Shown piece after piece: positions 1 through 15,997 of a stretch of DNA of 64,000 nucleotides. Each line of letters opens with the position of its first letter. Position 1 is the stretch's first letter. Both the position numbers and the translations under genes were made by a program. Under the pieces are notes generated by a model. The model saw only the letters and a list, made by a program, of their open reading frames with translations. It ran no database searches and had not been told where the DNA came from. This stretch comes from the human T2T-CHM13v2.0 reference genome, Homo sapiens, in the NCBI RefSeq assembly GCF_009914755.1, contig NC_060942.1; one strand, given 5' to 3'.

Positions 1-579
1 ACATATCTGCTTCTCAAAAGCAGTTCCCCTTCATCCTCAAAGCCCTCGACCTAGTAATGTATGATTCTGATTTTTTGTAGAATGTGTCTTTTCATTACAA
101 TAAAATACACTCCATTTCTTTGTTTTGGGAAGATTATAGCTTTCTCCCCAGGCTTTTTAGGGGACAAAGACTATTCTCCATATGACGAACCTATCAAGAT
201 TCATCTTGAAATATTTTATGCATTCTTTTTTTAATCCACTGGAATTAATTTTGTTCTTGGATCACCTTTTCAAGGACACAATCAGCTCTCGCAGCTGACT
301 GCTCCAGTGGGTGCTAGAAAGTCCGCCCAGAATTCTGGCACATGGATCTGAAATGAAGGAGAACACAAGCAGCCAGGCATTAAGGAGGATTTGGGGTAAA
401 TCTGCTCTTGGAAATGCAAACTTAGGAAAAACTTTCCACTTCAAAAAAAGAGTCAGAACTTTCTTTGGGAAGTGGCAGAACAAAGGGACCTTGCATGCTC
501 ATTCAAAAATTCTTTTCAGAAACATTTGCACACCTGGGAGGAAGAAAGCGGGAAGGGCAGGCAGTGGCACTAGGAACCC

Positions 580-880
580 GATACCTGGTGGGCCTGTGAT
601 CGCATGGGTAATACCCACCTGAGGGCTAGATCACACATGTAGCATACCTGTGAGGGCTAGATCATGCATGTAATACCCATGATGAGGGCTAGATTACAAA
701 TGCAGTACACATAAAGGTGAGATCATGCATGTAGTACCCATGTGAGGGCTAGATCACACACATAGTAACTCACAATGAGGGCAATTACACATGTAATACC
801 CATGATGAGGGCTAGGTCACACATGTAGTACCCACGATGAGGGCTAGGTCACCCAAAGAGTACTCACTATGAGGGCTAGA
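580..880. repeat. Degenerate minisatellite, ~31-33 bp unit, ~9 copies
   Basis: TGAGGGCTAGATCAC...ATGTARTACCCA recurs head-to-tail (e.g. at ~620, 651, 683, 743, 806, 838, 870). Confidence 0.9.
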
Positions 881-1099
881 GATGCACTGACACAAAGTGG
901 CCATGGAGCAGTCCTCAGTGGCCCTCATCACACTGGTTTGGTGAGAAAGTGTCAGAAAGAAAGGGGAGAGTGCTCAGTTGACTCACCTGCCCTCTCACCG
1001 CTCTTAGATGGTGTGTTGTGAGGCTTGTGCCTTGTGCTGTAGTGTTTAGTAGAATCATTCTTGGACACCTAAAACACCAGTTTCTTGGAACACATTATT

Positions 1100-1265
1100 T
1101 AAAATCTTTCTAATTTCTAATTTCCCCATCTGTAAAATCAATGCAATAATAGTTCCTTAATAGTTCTTTTCGGTTAAAAAGTGCCTCTGCGGAGTACAGT
1201 GCCTGGAATATAAAAAAAGTGCCTCTGCGGAGTACAGTGCCTGGAATATAACAAGTACTCCTTAC
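1100..1265 (+). mobile_element. MIR SINE fragment
   Basis: tttccccatctgtaaaat...aataatag...acagtgcctgg matches the MIR core and 3' part. Confidence 0.65.
1176..1251. repeat. Perfect 38-bp tandem duplication
   Basis: aaaaagtgcctctgcggagtacagtgcctggaatataa x2 (1176-1213, 1214-1251). Confidence 0.97.
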
Positions 1266-3817
1266 GTAACCGAAACAAAACTCATAAGTCTGATTGCTAT
1301 AATCTCTAAGGCATTTGGAGGTGGACTGACCACGGATGGGCACAGTCTGAGGACAGCCTTGTCCTCAGTTTTGCTTTTGTGGACTTCCTGCCAGATCCTC
1401 CCAAGGCTCTGCATTTCTGGGGCTTTATGAGAAGAGAACTCATCCCCTTGGCAAGAAGTATTCTTCATCAATGATCTCATCATATAACAAGTTATTTTGA
1501 GGCCACTTTATAGTACATGTGTTAGAGATTTCAGTAACTAACTCATGATGACACAGACAAATTTGAATACAAAACAAAACAATGTCACAGCAACGTGATC
1601 TTCCGTGATATCCTCATGTCCCATGATGTTTCTTTCTAAGAGCACTTACTTCAGTGATAAATATTATCATTTTGGGATATCTCCTTGGCATCAGAAATGT
1701 TTACTAATTTTGAAATAAGGAAAGTGGGATGTTTCAGTCAGGTGTGTAGTTCTGATTTTTGGAAAAAAATGAAACCCGCTTATCTTTTTTTTACCCTACA
1801 CTGTGGCTGAAAGGTATACAATGTCAAAATGGCATTTAAAAATTAAGGTAGCTATATTTTGGAACATTTTATCCCTACCTTTGAAAATTCAAATTGTTCA
1901 GACCTTCAGAAAAATTAATAGTAATGCCACGAACACCTGGGTGCCCATGGTGTAACTTCATCGATTATTATTTTGCTTTCTTGCTCTTTTTTTTTCTGTA
2001 CCATCTGAAGTTGTAGACATTGTGCATATCTTAAGAACTCATATATCCCACATAATCACAAGTCCATCAAAAATATCTCTTATCTAATACATAGTCCATT
2101 CTATCAAGATAATAATTTGAAATATATTTTCCTGGATAAGAGTGTCAGTAGGAAATCTGGACTAACAACGGTCACCTTCCCCCTTCAAGTCCTACGTAGG
2201 AGGGGAAGATGCTTAAGACAACCACACACAGATCAGATTACTGTGAATTTGTTAAGAATTTAACAAATGACTTTAGCTTTCCATTTACCAAAAATTACAT
2301 TTAATATTTAATAACATCTTTTAATTTCTAGACTTTTTGAGATGTTTCTAGATTTCTGATAGTACCATAATATATTAAATTCACTCTTGAAAATTAAAAA
2401 AACTACCTAATTTACACAATTCACCTATTTACTCTTATAGAAATTCATGCGGTATATCTTTTGGAGTAAATACTGCGTTAGTTGCAACAGAGTAATGAGA
2501 ACTATGAGTTGCCAAATCAGTGATGGGGGAAATGGCAATGAAAATAAAATAAATACTGCTGGTCATTCTTCGTTGATTCTATATCAAAGGTTGTTCCCCT
2601 CCCGAGCCCAAATATTTAAGAGACAATGGATCAGTTACATGATCTGTGTGTCATTTTCTTCAGCCATAAAATAGGTAGGATTATGTCACCATCAACATCA
2701 CAAGGATATTAAAAGGCTAATGGATATAGGATGGAATTGCTTTTAGTTCATAGGTGCCGGGGCATAACACAAATCCAAACTGTATGCATCTCAGTGATAT
2801 CCGCTATCATCCAGTGTAACGAAATGGTTCTTAGCCAAGTACTTAGAATAGCCTATCATATTAGAACTTTTCTCACAATGCAGCAAGTGTCTATTAGTAC
2901 ATTTTCTGAAGAGTTTGTAAGATTCTATAAACAGTTCTCCCTTATTCTTGTTATAAATATAGCAAGATTAAATCACAGGAAATTGCCATTTTATAGGTTA
3001 AAAGTGATCTTATATTAGCAATTTCACATTGTTCAACTTAGCAATTGTGATAGCTGTGGTCTGCTACGTTGTTAGCTGCTACTGGTATAACTCAGAACAT
3101 TGCTCCAATATTCAAAGTGTATAAGCTTGTACATTTGCTTAGGAAAGTGCTCGGTACTTGACATTCAATTCATGAGGGGTATTATCAGTATAATAGTATT
3201 CTGTAAAATCCGAATATTTTCATATTAATTGCTACTGATGTTTCAATATTTTGTGCACAACTTTTCTTTCATCAGCATTATGAAAACATATATTGTGATA
3301 AGTTACAATTGTGACATAAAATCTGCAAAAGACATATGTACTTTTTTGGGAGCTTATGTTACAAAGAGATTTTCCTGCACATTTCTTTAGTGAAGTAAGG
3401 GATTTCAGAAAAAAGACAAAGCTTGCTGTTTTAGCAGCTCTATTGCTCTGTTTTTTAAATGAAACAAAACAAACATTCCAATCCCTCAAAAGTATTAATC
3501 TTAGCAAAGCTATTATTTTTTATAAGCAATAGCCCTAGACTTTCAAATGAGCAGCAAGTTCCAGACTACAGCAGCACAGAGATAACACAGAGTCCCAGAG
3601 CAATTCGTTGACCTTACAGCAGGAAATAATGATGTATCATCAGAATCCGCTTGGGTGGTATCGCTTTGCCAAGAAGCATTAGGCTTCTTTTTCAAGTAAG
3701 ATTTGATTTTTCTGCTATTTCTAGAGAGGCTGGGAGCATTTATATCAATGAAATGCAAAGATACTCTTTTATTCACCTAATATGATCACACCTACAAGCT
3801 GAAAACAAAGCCAAGGG

Positions 3818-3867
3818 CTTGGGGACAGGGCCCCGACTCATCTTGGGGACAGGGCCCCGACTCATCT
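3818..3867. repeat. Perfect 24-bp tandem duplication
   Basis: cttggggacagggccccgactcat x2 (3818-3841, 3842-3865). Confidence 0.97.
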
Positions 3868-5139
3868 GTTTTGCCTGTGCAAGTCTCCAAGTCATCCTCA
3901 TGGAATGGGGGAAGCTTTTCATAATAAATCCCTTAAATATATATTCAAACGTTACCACTGAAAACCTGCAAGTGTTTCAGTACCACTTGCTGATGGGAAA
4001 CAAACCTTCCCTATACGTCTTCATCTTATTATCACTGAAGAGTGTGTGTGTTTATTCCTATTAAAGTATGTGTGTGTATCTTGGGGCTATTTGGGGGCTG
4101 CATGTATGATATCCCCCAGTAGGAGCAGCATGACAGAATTATAAAATGTGGTAAAATGTAATTAGGTTTTATGAAGTTCTTAACATAGATGCTGAGGAAA
4201 TTTTCTAACTGATATTTTTCACTTCCTGATTTGATAAAAAAAAGGAAAAAAAATAGCCATGGCAGATGATATTTCAGGAAGGCCAAACAAATTTTATTTA
4301 GAATTTCTAGGACAAAGCATTTATGTATAACAGTTCTGGGTGAAAATGGATGATTTTCCAGTAACATAAAAGTGCACACTAACTGTATTGTTAGCATCAA
4401 TCTGCGATATGGTCACACCTTTGAAACTCTAACTTCTGGGGTGCAGAGAACTCAGCAGGGAACAGAATTGGTCACAACCTCTCATTGCAGTGAGGAGTCA
4501 GTTATCCTCCCAAGGGCCAGTGCTGGCCTGGGGACGCACAGTGTCAAACCCCAGGGTGAAAGGTCAGGGGTGCTTTCTGTGTCTCCCCACACACCCACCC
4601 TCTATCCCCAGCATCTCTTTCTTGTTTATCAGGACTTCCGTCTCGAGGGTAATTGCTTAGAACAGAAAACAAGGTTCTGTTAATTCACCACTGGACAAAG
4701 GAAGAATGGCAAAAAACGTTGAAGAAAAGCAAGAAGGGTTGTCCAAGAAGCACTCAAGTCAGTTAGTTGTTGGTTTCTTTTCAATTTGTTGTGACATTTG
4801 TTAGCTCATTTTACCTTTATTTCTTCCTTCAGAAAAAGAAAAGGAAAGAAAAAGCGAGAGAGAATGGGAATAAGATACCAATTCTTTCATCATCATATCT
4901 TGTTTCAAGATTGTAAAGCCCCATGAGAGATAAGCTCTCTTATTTTATTCAATGATAATGGCTTAGAATTCTGCTAGTGTCTAAAATGCTTCGGTTATGT
5001 TTGGAATTTCACCTGAATTGGAGGAGTAGTAGTAGTTGTAATAGGACAAGGAGGAGAAGGAAGGGAAGGAGGAGGAGAAGGATGAGGAAGAGAAAGAGGA
5101 AAATGGCAGTAACAATAGTATTACTATATTACTAGCAGT

Positions 5140-5772
<633 letters not shown>

Positions 5773-6574
5773 TCACAGCAAGGTTTGGGATGTAACGATA
5801 TTGCAGTCAAGAGGATTAAATGTCTTTTGGAAGGTCACTAAATCATGGCCCTTGGGATTTAACCTAGGTTTTCACTCTTATTTCTATTTGATCTTCAAAT
5901 TCCCACTATCTGAGAACTCAGGATATACTGGGATCTAAAATTCAATATGCCAGTGACAAAGCAAAACCATTTTAATTTTGGGAGTATTAATATGGCATTT
6001 GGTGCGAGAGATGAAAAAAATATCGTGATTTTGGTCAAAGTCACCCCCAAATGGTAGCGTTAGACTTGGCACTTGAGTTCCCTGGGCCTTCACTCGGGTC
6101 TTCACTGCAAACCCTTGCTGCCTCTCCAAAAGCCTATCTTGGGGTTCCTGTGCAACTGCATTAATTAGCTTAGTGGGAAAATAATGAGGAAACAAGCATG
6201 AATGCTGACTTTAAAGCTCAAAGGAAATAATTAACAATAACCTTCACGGCGAAATGAAGAACAGAGCAGGAGCCCGAACCATACTTTCAGTTCCTTCAGG
6301 ATATTGACTCGTTGGAGTCTGTAACATTTTTGAAGACTTTACTGCATGAGGATTTCTCTTATCCTGATGTACAGCTTTCTTTTCTTCTTTATTATTTTCC
6401 AGCAAATCAGGCTCACAAATGGCTCTCTACTTTAACTAACTGCCTAACTGCCTGTTTTAACATTTTCTTATAGAGACTGCCGAATCTGTTCAATTACTCA
6501 AGGGGGGAAAGGGGAGACATTTAGACACGTGGACTTACCATGACTGTAGACAAAGCGAGCTAGAAATATCGATG

Positions 6575-7290
6575 GAGAGCTGCCCTGAACTCCAGACTCA
6601 TCTGCCGCCTAGTCATCTCCACCTGGATGTCTATTACCATTCTCAAGCTTAAAAACGACCTTCCAATCTCTCCCTCTCAGACTATTCTCAGCACAGCAGC
6701 AGAGCAATCCTGTTAAAAAGTCAGTCGAATCACGTTACTCCTTTCTTAAAAACCTACCGAATGGCTTCCTTTGTTCCTCAGAGTAAGGCCTAAGTCATCA
6801 TTGAGTCCCTGCCTGACCTTCATACCCCGCCGGCCACATCCTTGTCCATCACTCCCACTGCTTCAGGGCACTGGTTCACATGCAGTGCCTTGAATGGGTC
6901 AGGCACCCTCCGGCCTCCCGCCCATGTATGTGCTGCCTTTGCCTGGAATGCTCAGATACCCACATAGGGCACTTGTGCATCTATTTATGCCTCTATGCAA
7001 ATATGCCTTGCTCAGCGAGGCTGTACCCTTCACTCCCCTATTGAAAATCCCGAGGCACTCCCCTCCCTTTCCCTGCTCTATTTCTCTCCATTGTACTCCT
7101 CACCATATCTTATGCCTTATATGTTGTAATCACTTATTTTGTTCATTGCTGTATACTCCCTCCAGATGTGAACTACATGAGGACAAATTTCAGCCTCTTT
7201 TGCTCATGCTTCATTTCCAATGCAGAGAACACTGCCGGGCACAAAGTAAAATGCTCAGTGTAGAGCTCCTGAATTAATACATGAATGAAG
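6575..7290 (+). mobile_element. L2 LINE 3' fragment
   Basis: ccctgaactccagactc...catctccacctggatgtc...gagaacactgccgggcacaaagtaaaatgctcag...atgaatgaa, typical L2 3' end. Confidence 0.75.
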
Positions 7291-7553
7291 GATGTATGGA
7301 ATTTTGTTTTTTAAAATAAAGAGACTAGATGTGAAAAAGAGCAAGAGTGCACCTGGCTACACGAGAGTACTAAGGATCCCAGCAAGTTAATGGCCTGACA
7401 TGGTTGAATGTTCTGGCAAAAAAAAAAAAAAAAAAAGTGAATATTGGCTATGCATATTAGATATGCTTACCCAAATGAGTCAGGCAACACTTTTACTCTA
7501 TAGAAGTACAGTAACCGTTCAGTAATGATGGATTTCTGCATTTGTTTCTCAAG

Positions 7554-7856
7554 TTTATTTATTTTTTTCTTTTGAGACAGGGTCTCACTCAATTGCCTAG
7601 GCTGGTGTGCAGTGGTGCAATCATAGCTCACTGTAGCCTCTATCTCCACGGTTCAAGCAATCGTCTCACCTCAGCCTTCCCAGCAGCTGGGACTATAGGC
7701 ATGTGTTACCATTACTGGCTAATTATTTTGCTTTCTGTAGAGACGGGGGTCTCACTATGCTCCCCAGGCTGGTCTCAAACTCCTGGGCTTAAGTGATCCT
7801 CACGTCTCAGCCTGCCAAAGTGCTGGGATTATGGGCGTGAGCCACCAAGCGTGACC
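7554..7856 (-). mobile_element. AluJ
   Basis: Poly-T then gagacagggtctcactc...tcatagctcactgtagcc...ctcctgggcttaagtgatcc (J-type positions). Confidence 0.95.
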
Positions 7857-10800
7857 ATGTAAGTTTCAATTTCTCCATATCCATATATTTATAAACTCTT
7901 CTCTCTCTGTCCTATTCCACTGTCCACAGTTATGTCTGATAGCCTTTAAGCTCATATCCTTCAGCCATGCATCTTTGGGTAGGTAACTACCTCTGTTCCT
8001 CTTTATAGAGCAAAGGGTTTAGATCCCACTAAGCAAATCGCACTTCGGAGTTCAGCAGATGCTGGAAGTTTGTTGGAGGCAGGGCAGGGCAGGGCTTATA
8101 GATGTTTGGGGAGACTGCTTTTTTCTCTTCTGCTCCAAGATACTTTCTCTTCCTTGGGCTCACAACAGCAATTTCAAAAAAGAAATGATCTCTCAGGTGA
8201 AACAGAAGGCCTTATTAACCAAGAGGGCAAAATATTTAGGTGAGAGAAGTTATCACTACATTACCCTTGGTATTTATAATTTGAGGTGAGCTCACTTCTG
8301 CTATTAGGTACAACACTCACAGCTGTCACCTCCTTGAGTAGTTAACAGGAACGAAAAATAATGTCATCAGCTGCTGTGTCACACTGTTCCTCTGTACCTG
8401 AGAAAGTCCTGATGCCAACAATTTTGAAGATCACTATTAAAGATTATTTTGCTACCATTTTATACCTCGTGTTTCATTAAGTTCCTGAGGAGCTAATTTT
8501 TATTTCCAGCTCAGGAACATTTGTTTTTGTAATGTGGTTCATATTTAGTGGCATTGTACCTTCTCATGCCTGTCACCTCATACTTTAGCAAGATTTTTGC
8601 TAAAAAGAACCAAAGCATCTTGATTTCAAACATGGAGAAAAGCTGAGTCTTGGTACCTGTTCTATGCATTAACTTTCCACTATGGAGTGAAAATATGTCC
8701 CTTCCATTTAATAGACTCTAGTGTGTGGAAGTGAACTTATAAAACAAGATTTCAAAAATGTCATTCAATTGCTTCAATGACTTATTCAAAAGCAGACCTA
8801 CATGAAGCTGAAAAAAGAAAATAAAACCCTAAAGTATGAATTTAGGAAGAATATAACCATGTAACTTAAGTCAGCTACTATATTCAATTAAAAAAAAACC
8901 CCACAAAAAACAGCCACAAAAATAAAGAAACAAAACTCATTTCTGGTTGAAAGAGATCACAAAAACACAAGAAGAATTTACACAAGTGAAATCTATAATG
9001 CCCCAGGAAACAGCGTTAAACTGGAGTATTAGAGAATTGAAAACCCTAGAAACACAGAAGTGACAGAGTCTTTAAAGAAAGGGTCTTTAAATCCTCCTGG
9101 CCTTCAGAAAAATACTCTCACATGCATTTGAGAGAGGGAGAGATAGATAGACAGAGAGAAAGACAGATGGGTGTTATCTTTCTCCTTAAAATCCTCTTAG
9201 ACATAAATCTTATAAATTGCTTTTCTCTTAAGAAAGTTTTCCAGACTTGAGATTATATAACTTTTAAAGCTGGAAGGTCTGTCAGAGCTCATTTAGTCCA
9301 AGAACTTGACTTTACAGATGGAAGCACCAGGGTCAGAGGAGGTCAGTGAGTTGCGGGCAGGCAAGGTTGGACCACAGGAGTCCTAACTTCTCACCCTGAT
9401 GCCTGTCTCTAGTAACCAATGTCAGAGACAACCCACGTACAACAATCTCCTTGGAGAGTTATGCAGTTTGCTCAGAGTAAAAAAATTCAATGTCTCATTT
9501 GACAGATGAATAAGCAGATGCCCATGACAGTTTATCTCATATAAAATCCAGTGAAAATAGAGTATGTGTATCACAAACTTTTTTCTTTGTAAAATAGGAT
9601 TACAATCCCTGGTACAAATACAATTGTATGTAACAGCCACTATTAAAAAACAGTGGAAGCTGAGTTTGTCTAAAGAAGCAGGGGGTGGTTCCTGACTCCC
9701 ACTCTATAGTGAGCCTCAAGAGGGAATCATGAACGCACAACTGTGCTACCCCTGCAGGAGGAAGAATATTGGTATCATTTTCAGCTTACATGTCTCTAAG
9801 ACGACCTGAACTTCTTTATCTATTTCTAAGCCATTCATCATTTATATGGCTCTCCTTCCCAAGCCCTAACATTTATTTTTGGCAGTGTTGTTGGGATGGG
9901 GAGGTAACACCCAGGGATTGAGCATTTGCTCTGTTCCAGGCACCAGTCTGGCTCTCCGTGAGCTCTGGAAAGGAGTCAACAGAGTTCTGGACTAAACAGC
10001 TTAATAAGTGCCCAGGCACCTGCCACCAAAAAGAGTGTGGCCCCAAGTGGAGTTGGAATGAGTCATCTCAAGCCTTGAATGACCTTCAGGGAGTTGGCCC
10101 GGTGGCTTGGGTCACAGGAGAGGCAACACCTTCATGGAGGGAGGCTTCGGTCTGCAAATCAGGAGAGTTTTATTCTACTGTGACTAGGAAGGAAGGTATT
10201 CTATGGAATTTTGGGCTAGTCTCATTTCTCTTTTGCCTCATTTTTGTAATTCTGAGGTTGTGAGAGTGTGAATGATATCTATTCACTTAGATTACTGTAA
10301 ATAGTAGCCTGATACATGAGCAATTTGGGGGAAGGGATATTTTTCAGAAATTAACAACAACCTCTTTAAGTATTGATGGGGGAACTGAGAAAAGTATTTG
10401 AAGTTGAGGTAGGCAACAGCTTCACTGCATAAATTGGAAAGAAAGTTTGTGCATACTTACATTGAGAGAGTCAGAAAAGAAAAAAGCAGTGTTTCTATGC
10501 AGTATTATGCTTTAGACTCCTTTGCTTTGCACAAAACAGCAGTCATGACTCTCTTACAGCAAATGGCTTACAAAACAGTTGAACTTTCCCTTTAAACTAG
10601 TAGCTAAAGAAACGAAAGCCAAATATTCAAAACAAAACAAAACTGTTAGGTTTCCCTTCAATTTCGACCGTAATAATTTTTGCAGAATTCAAATGCAGCC
10701 ATTGAAGATAAAACATTTGCTGATTATGAGACAAGAGAACATTGCCCCAGATGTCAGATTATTTATCGCCACAGAGCTGAACATCAGAAACCAATTCACA

Positions 10801-11340
10801 CATCACAATGGCTGTAGCGCCAATCATGAGCTACCTTTTCTCTTAAACAAAGTCATATTCTTCTTACTTTCATGAATTTTTGAAGCTGAATGCTTTCAAG
10901 GCACTTGGAGATTGATCTTCCAATTTAAAGTACCATATCAGCTAAAGATTTTTATCTACAGGCCCAGGGCCAGTAGCTGGCATTTGGAATCCCTGGGAGA
11001 AGACAAACACAGGCAATTGCTGCAGTATGCGGTGTTACGTAGCTGTATATCAGCATACTCACCAACTCTCTCTGCTTCTGGGGAAGTAGCAAAGAATCAT
11101 TCACTCCCTCAGTAAAGTCACATAAAGGAAAGAATCCTAAGAAACACACTAATGCATTACGCAGTAGGATTTTATGGCCAATCAACTCCATTCATCCAGC
11201 CCTAACTAACCCCTTGCAGGATGCTGTGTTAGATACAATGAAGAATTACAAAAGAATAAGCAGTGGGGTTATGATTTACCCAAAAGATAAGTTTCAGTGA
11301 GAAAAGGAAAATAATATTCTGAAATATTTGAACATAGTAA

Positions 11341-11676
<336 letters not shown>

Positions 11677-14146
11677 AGAACTATTATTATCAAGACACTA
11701 CCCTTTTATCCATGGCGATCACAATTAAGGCTCTAGATACAAATAGTTTTGGAACAGAAAAACATAAATACTTACCCAATCCCTGGTAGATTTTGCAAGA
11801 GACGAGACTCAATTCCACTGGAATTCAACTAAATTCCAGTGATTCCCTGATTTATATTTGTACTTTGTATGTTGTTTCTACTCGCTTCAGTTCTCAGGTT
11901 TGGCAGCCTGAGACTGCCACCTTCATGTCAGTCCCTTACTTTCCCCATTCCTTTCTGAAATTTTCATGCTTCAGTGAAGTGTTTCCACCCCTTCCACATA
12001 ACCCATGATGCACAATAACTTTGAAGATCAGCACGTTTTTATTCTCCCACATTGTACTATGTCAGGCAGGGATTGTCAATAGGAGTAAGAACAAGACTCA
12101 TCCACGGCACAAGTTTCACAGAAGGTACCTTCCTCTTACGAATTTGGAATCCTGATTTCTCGAAGTGATTGTCCCCTCCAAGTGCCATGATATACAGGTA
12201 TCCTATTTTGTATAGAGAGCTGCTTCTGTTGATGATCCTAATTTTTAACAATTAAATGGAAACTGAAACTTGGGAACTGAAAGGTTGATTAGAGATGGAC
12301 CAACCGGTCCAATCTGACTTAAAGGTAAGGACAGTTATGCCCAAAGAAAGTAAGTATCATGCTGATGGTTATTCGGCTTGTAAGCAGAAGCTTTATCACT
12401 CAAAATGTTAATTCTGAGATAGCCGGTTGTTCTTAATTGAGTCAGGTCGAATATCTAGGTCTTATTAAACTCAATCAGGACTTCTCCAAAACATCACTTT
12501 TATCTCCAGGTATATTTGTCCTGCATTTGGGAGCACTACCCAAAATCTAAAATAATGCTCAGAACCATATCATCTCATATTATCCAGAGGACAGACATTG
12601 AGACCAAATTCTAAGGTCAGGAAGCAAGAAATATGCATGTTTTTGTGTTCTGGTTTATGAAAATTGGAAAGAGACTAAAGTGAACACATTTCCTTCCCAT
12701 ATGACTCTACTTCCTAATTCTCAGAGAAACACACAATGAATCAAGAAAAGCTTTGGAGTTCCCTTTGATTCTTTGACAGCTGTAGAAACACGAATGAATA
12801 AGACAGGACCTGAAGTAGCTTCCTTGCAGAGGAAATACTGACATACAAAAACATGAATCAAGACAGTCTGTAGTAAGGTGCTAAACTGTATGCAACAGAA
12901 TGGAGTTCAATGGAACGTAATCTAGGAAGACACGCTGAGCCTTGAAGAGGCCAAGGGAGAAAGCATAAAGGAATGCACAGAATTAGCATGATGGACTAGT
13001 GAGGAAACCAGCCTGGGCAAAGCAGAGCCGAGTGCTGGGGCACAGCAGGAAATAAGGCAGGAATTAGTTTTACGTACGCCCGATTAAAACCTCTGCACAG
13101 AGATTTAGACTTGATGCATTATGGAAAAGAGCGCACAGTCAAGTTCATCTATCCTTTAGATTGCCTTCTGCCATGACTTACTGAACTACTTGAGAAGCAG
13201 AGGTGGAAACAAGGAAGCTGCCAAATGAATATGAAAACTCATTTTCATTAGTCCTAAGTGGCAGATTTCTGAGCTCTTAATTCTTGTGTTTATTCAACAG
13301 AATATTGCTGTCCATCTTTTCCCCAAGTAAACTGTATTTTTCTTCTCTCCTTTTGTTTCGACTTTCTTTTAAACTGACTCTCTCTCTATGTTACTCTCTC
13401 TCTTTGCAACTCTATGTATATACAGCCAAAAGAGAGATATACATATATATATATATTTATATACAGATGAAAAAAAAAATATATATATATACAATTTTCT
13501 TTCCAACTGTAGTCATTAGTGACCACTATTTTCCCTATTCAGTAAAGTGCCAATTTTAAGCATGGGGAAAAGAGCACCACCAATGAAACCCCGCATCTTT
13601 CTGCACAGTTCCATCTATCCTGAAATCTGGGCTATTGCTTAGAAATCATCTCCACATATGTCAGGTCTAACACTGAAGCCAGGAGTTGTTACTACCTAAA
13701 CCTCTAAGTGAAATGATAAAAACTATACTTTTCCCCAAATAAACTAAATATAAATTTAATGTTTTTTAACTTTTGAAAGAGAAAACATATAAAAAAGCTA
13801 TTTTTAACATAAAATATTAGAGATATTTTATCTAGAAAATTTCAACAAATCCTAAGGAAATTCAATATCAATCATTATTTGGTTTCTTTAGTGAGAGAAT
13901 GAAAGGTCCGATTTTACCACCCTAACCAAGTTTCTTTTAATACTTATGTGTAAGAACAAGGACTGAAGGGAAGCACAGAGGGCTCTGACAACTCAAGGCA
14001 GCTAATAAGGATGTAGATGCTAATTCAAGCTGAACCACTGACTCTCCACATTACTATAAGCAAATCATTCTGATGCCCTGCTCTTCTGGCCAGTCCTGGG
14101 GCCACAGTGAATCAAAAGCAATACTATATAATAGAAATCATACTTC

Positions 14147-14399
<253 letters not shown>

Positions 14400-15547
14400 A
14401 AATCATACCTCCGTATATAAGTTCTCCTACTTAAACAGAATTTCTTTTACTCCACTGTGTTTTGTAAAATTTACTCAGACTTACTCAACTTAGATTCCTT
14501 AGGGGGAAATATGTGGGTATGTGTGCATGTGTATATATTAAAATGTACTCAACTCAAGGTCCTTCTGGGGAAAATCATACATACGTGCTGAAGTTTTCAT
14601 TTTCTTGTTACATGAGTTTTTTTTAATAATATAATCTTTGATAAAATATTTCAGATTATACTAATATGCTAGCTTTTACTCTCTCCTGAGAGAACTTTCA
14701 GTAGTGAAACTGTATAAATCACTGGGAATGCATTTTCCTTGAAAAGCATAATGTGCTATAAAGACGGTTTCACTCTTTTTGCTTTTTAATGCCAGGCTTC
14801 CTCGATAGCCTGAGGGTACAGGAAATGTGACATTACCAAGAAGAAGGGCGAAGACAGCTGGAAAGGAGGAGAAGGACCATAACTGCTGGGTTCTTCCCCA
14901 GCACAGAGCACGTGTGAACAGCACTGTCAACACTCACACAGTGTGACTCTGGCATAGATTCTGGCTGAGACGAACAGCAGAGTGACACACTGCCCAGGAT
15001 GTGAATGTTAGCACGTGTACTCACAGTAGAAAGGAAGAAGAAGCCTACAGAAAGCAGAGTAAGGGAGATAGTTATGGTTAGTTATGTTTACACTGATAAT
15101 TGTGTAAACCACTAATAATTCCTTGAAAGTGTAGGCTACAGAATTGCCAGGGTAAGCAGAAAGCTATTGTGATCTATAATAAGGAAGTGAGAGAAATATT
15201 GAGTGAAATGTCCAAATGGCATGTGGGATGCCTAAAGCATCAACATGGTAAAATTTAGAGGCTGGAGGAGGGCACTTAGTGAAGTCTTATAGTTCAGAAG
15301 GGAAAATAGAGTCTGATGTCAACTGGTTACCCGGTTAAATCTACAATTTGGAATTTATAATATACAGTGAATGTATATGTTACTCCACTTGGCAGTATCT
15401 GGCTAAATAGGGTTAAATAAGGAAATTGTTAAAATATTTAGATTGTAACAAAAACTTATTTTAAAAACTTATTCATCACAGAAAGTTATACATTATATCA
15501 TTTACATCCCTCAATGATCTCCTAGAATTTTTATAAACTCTGGTTGA

Positions 15548-15997
<450 letters not shown>

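Noticed and set aside
580-880. Repeat array resembling CRISPR
   Set aside because: Units are head-to-tail with no unique spacers, there are no cas genes, and the DNA is primate
3543-3776. ORF VNKRVSLHF... as an in-frame terminal exon for the minus-strand micropeptide (phase 0 fits)
   Set aside because: Its AG (3777-3778) has no pyrimidine tract. The better acceptor ttgttttcag at 3799-3800 gives LVGVIILGE* instead, so the long extension is unsupported
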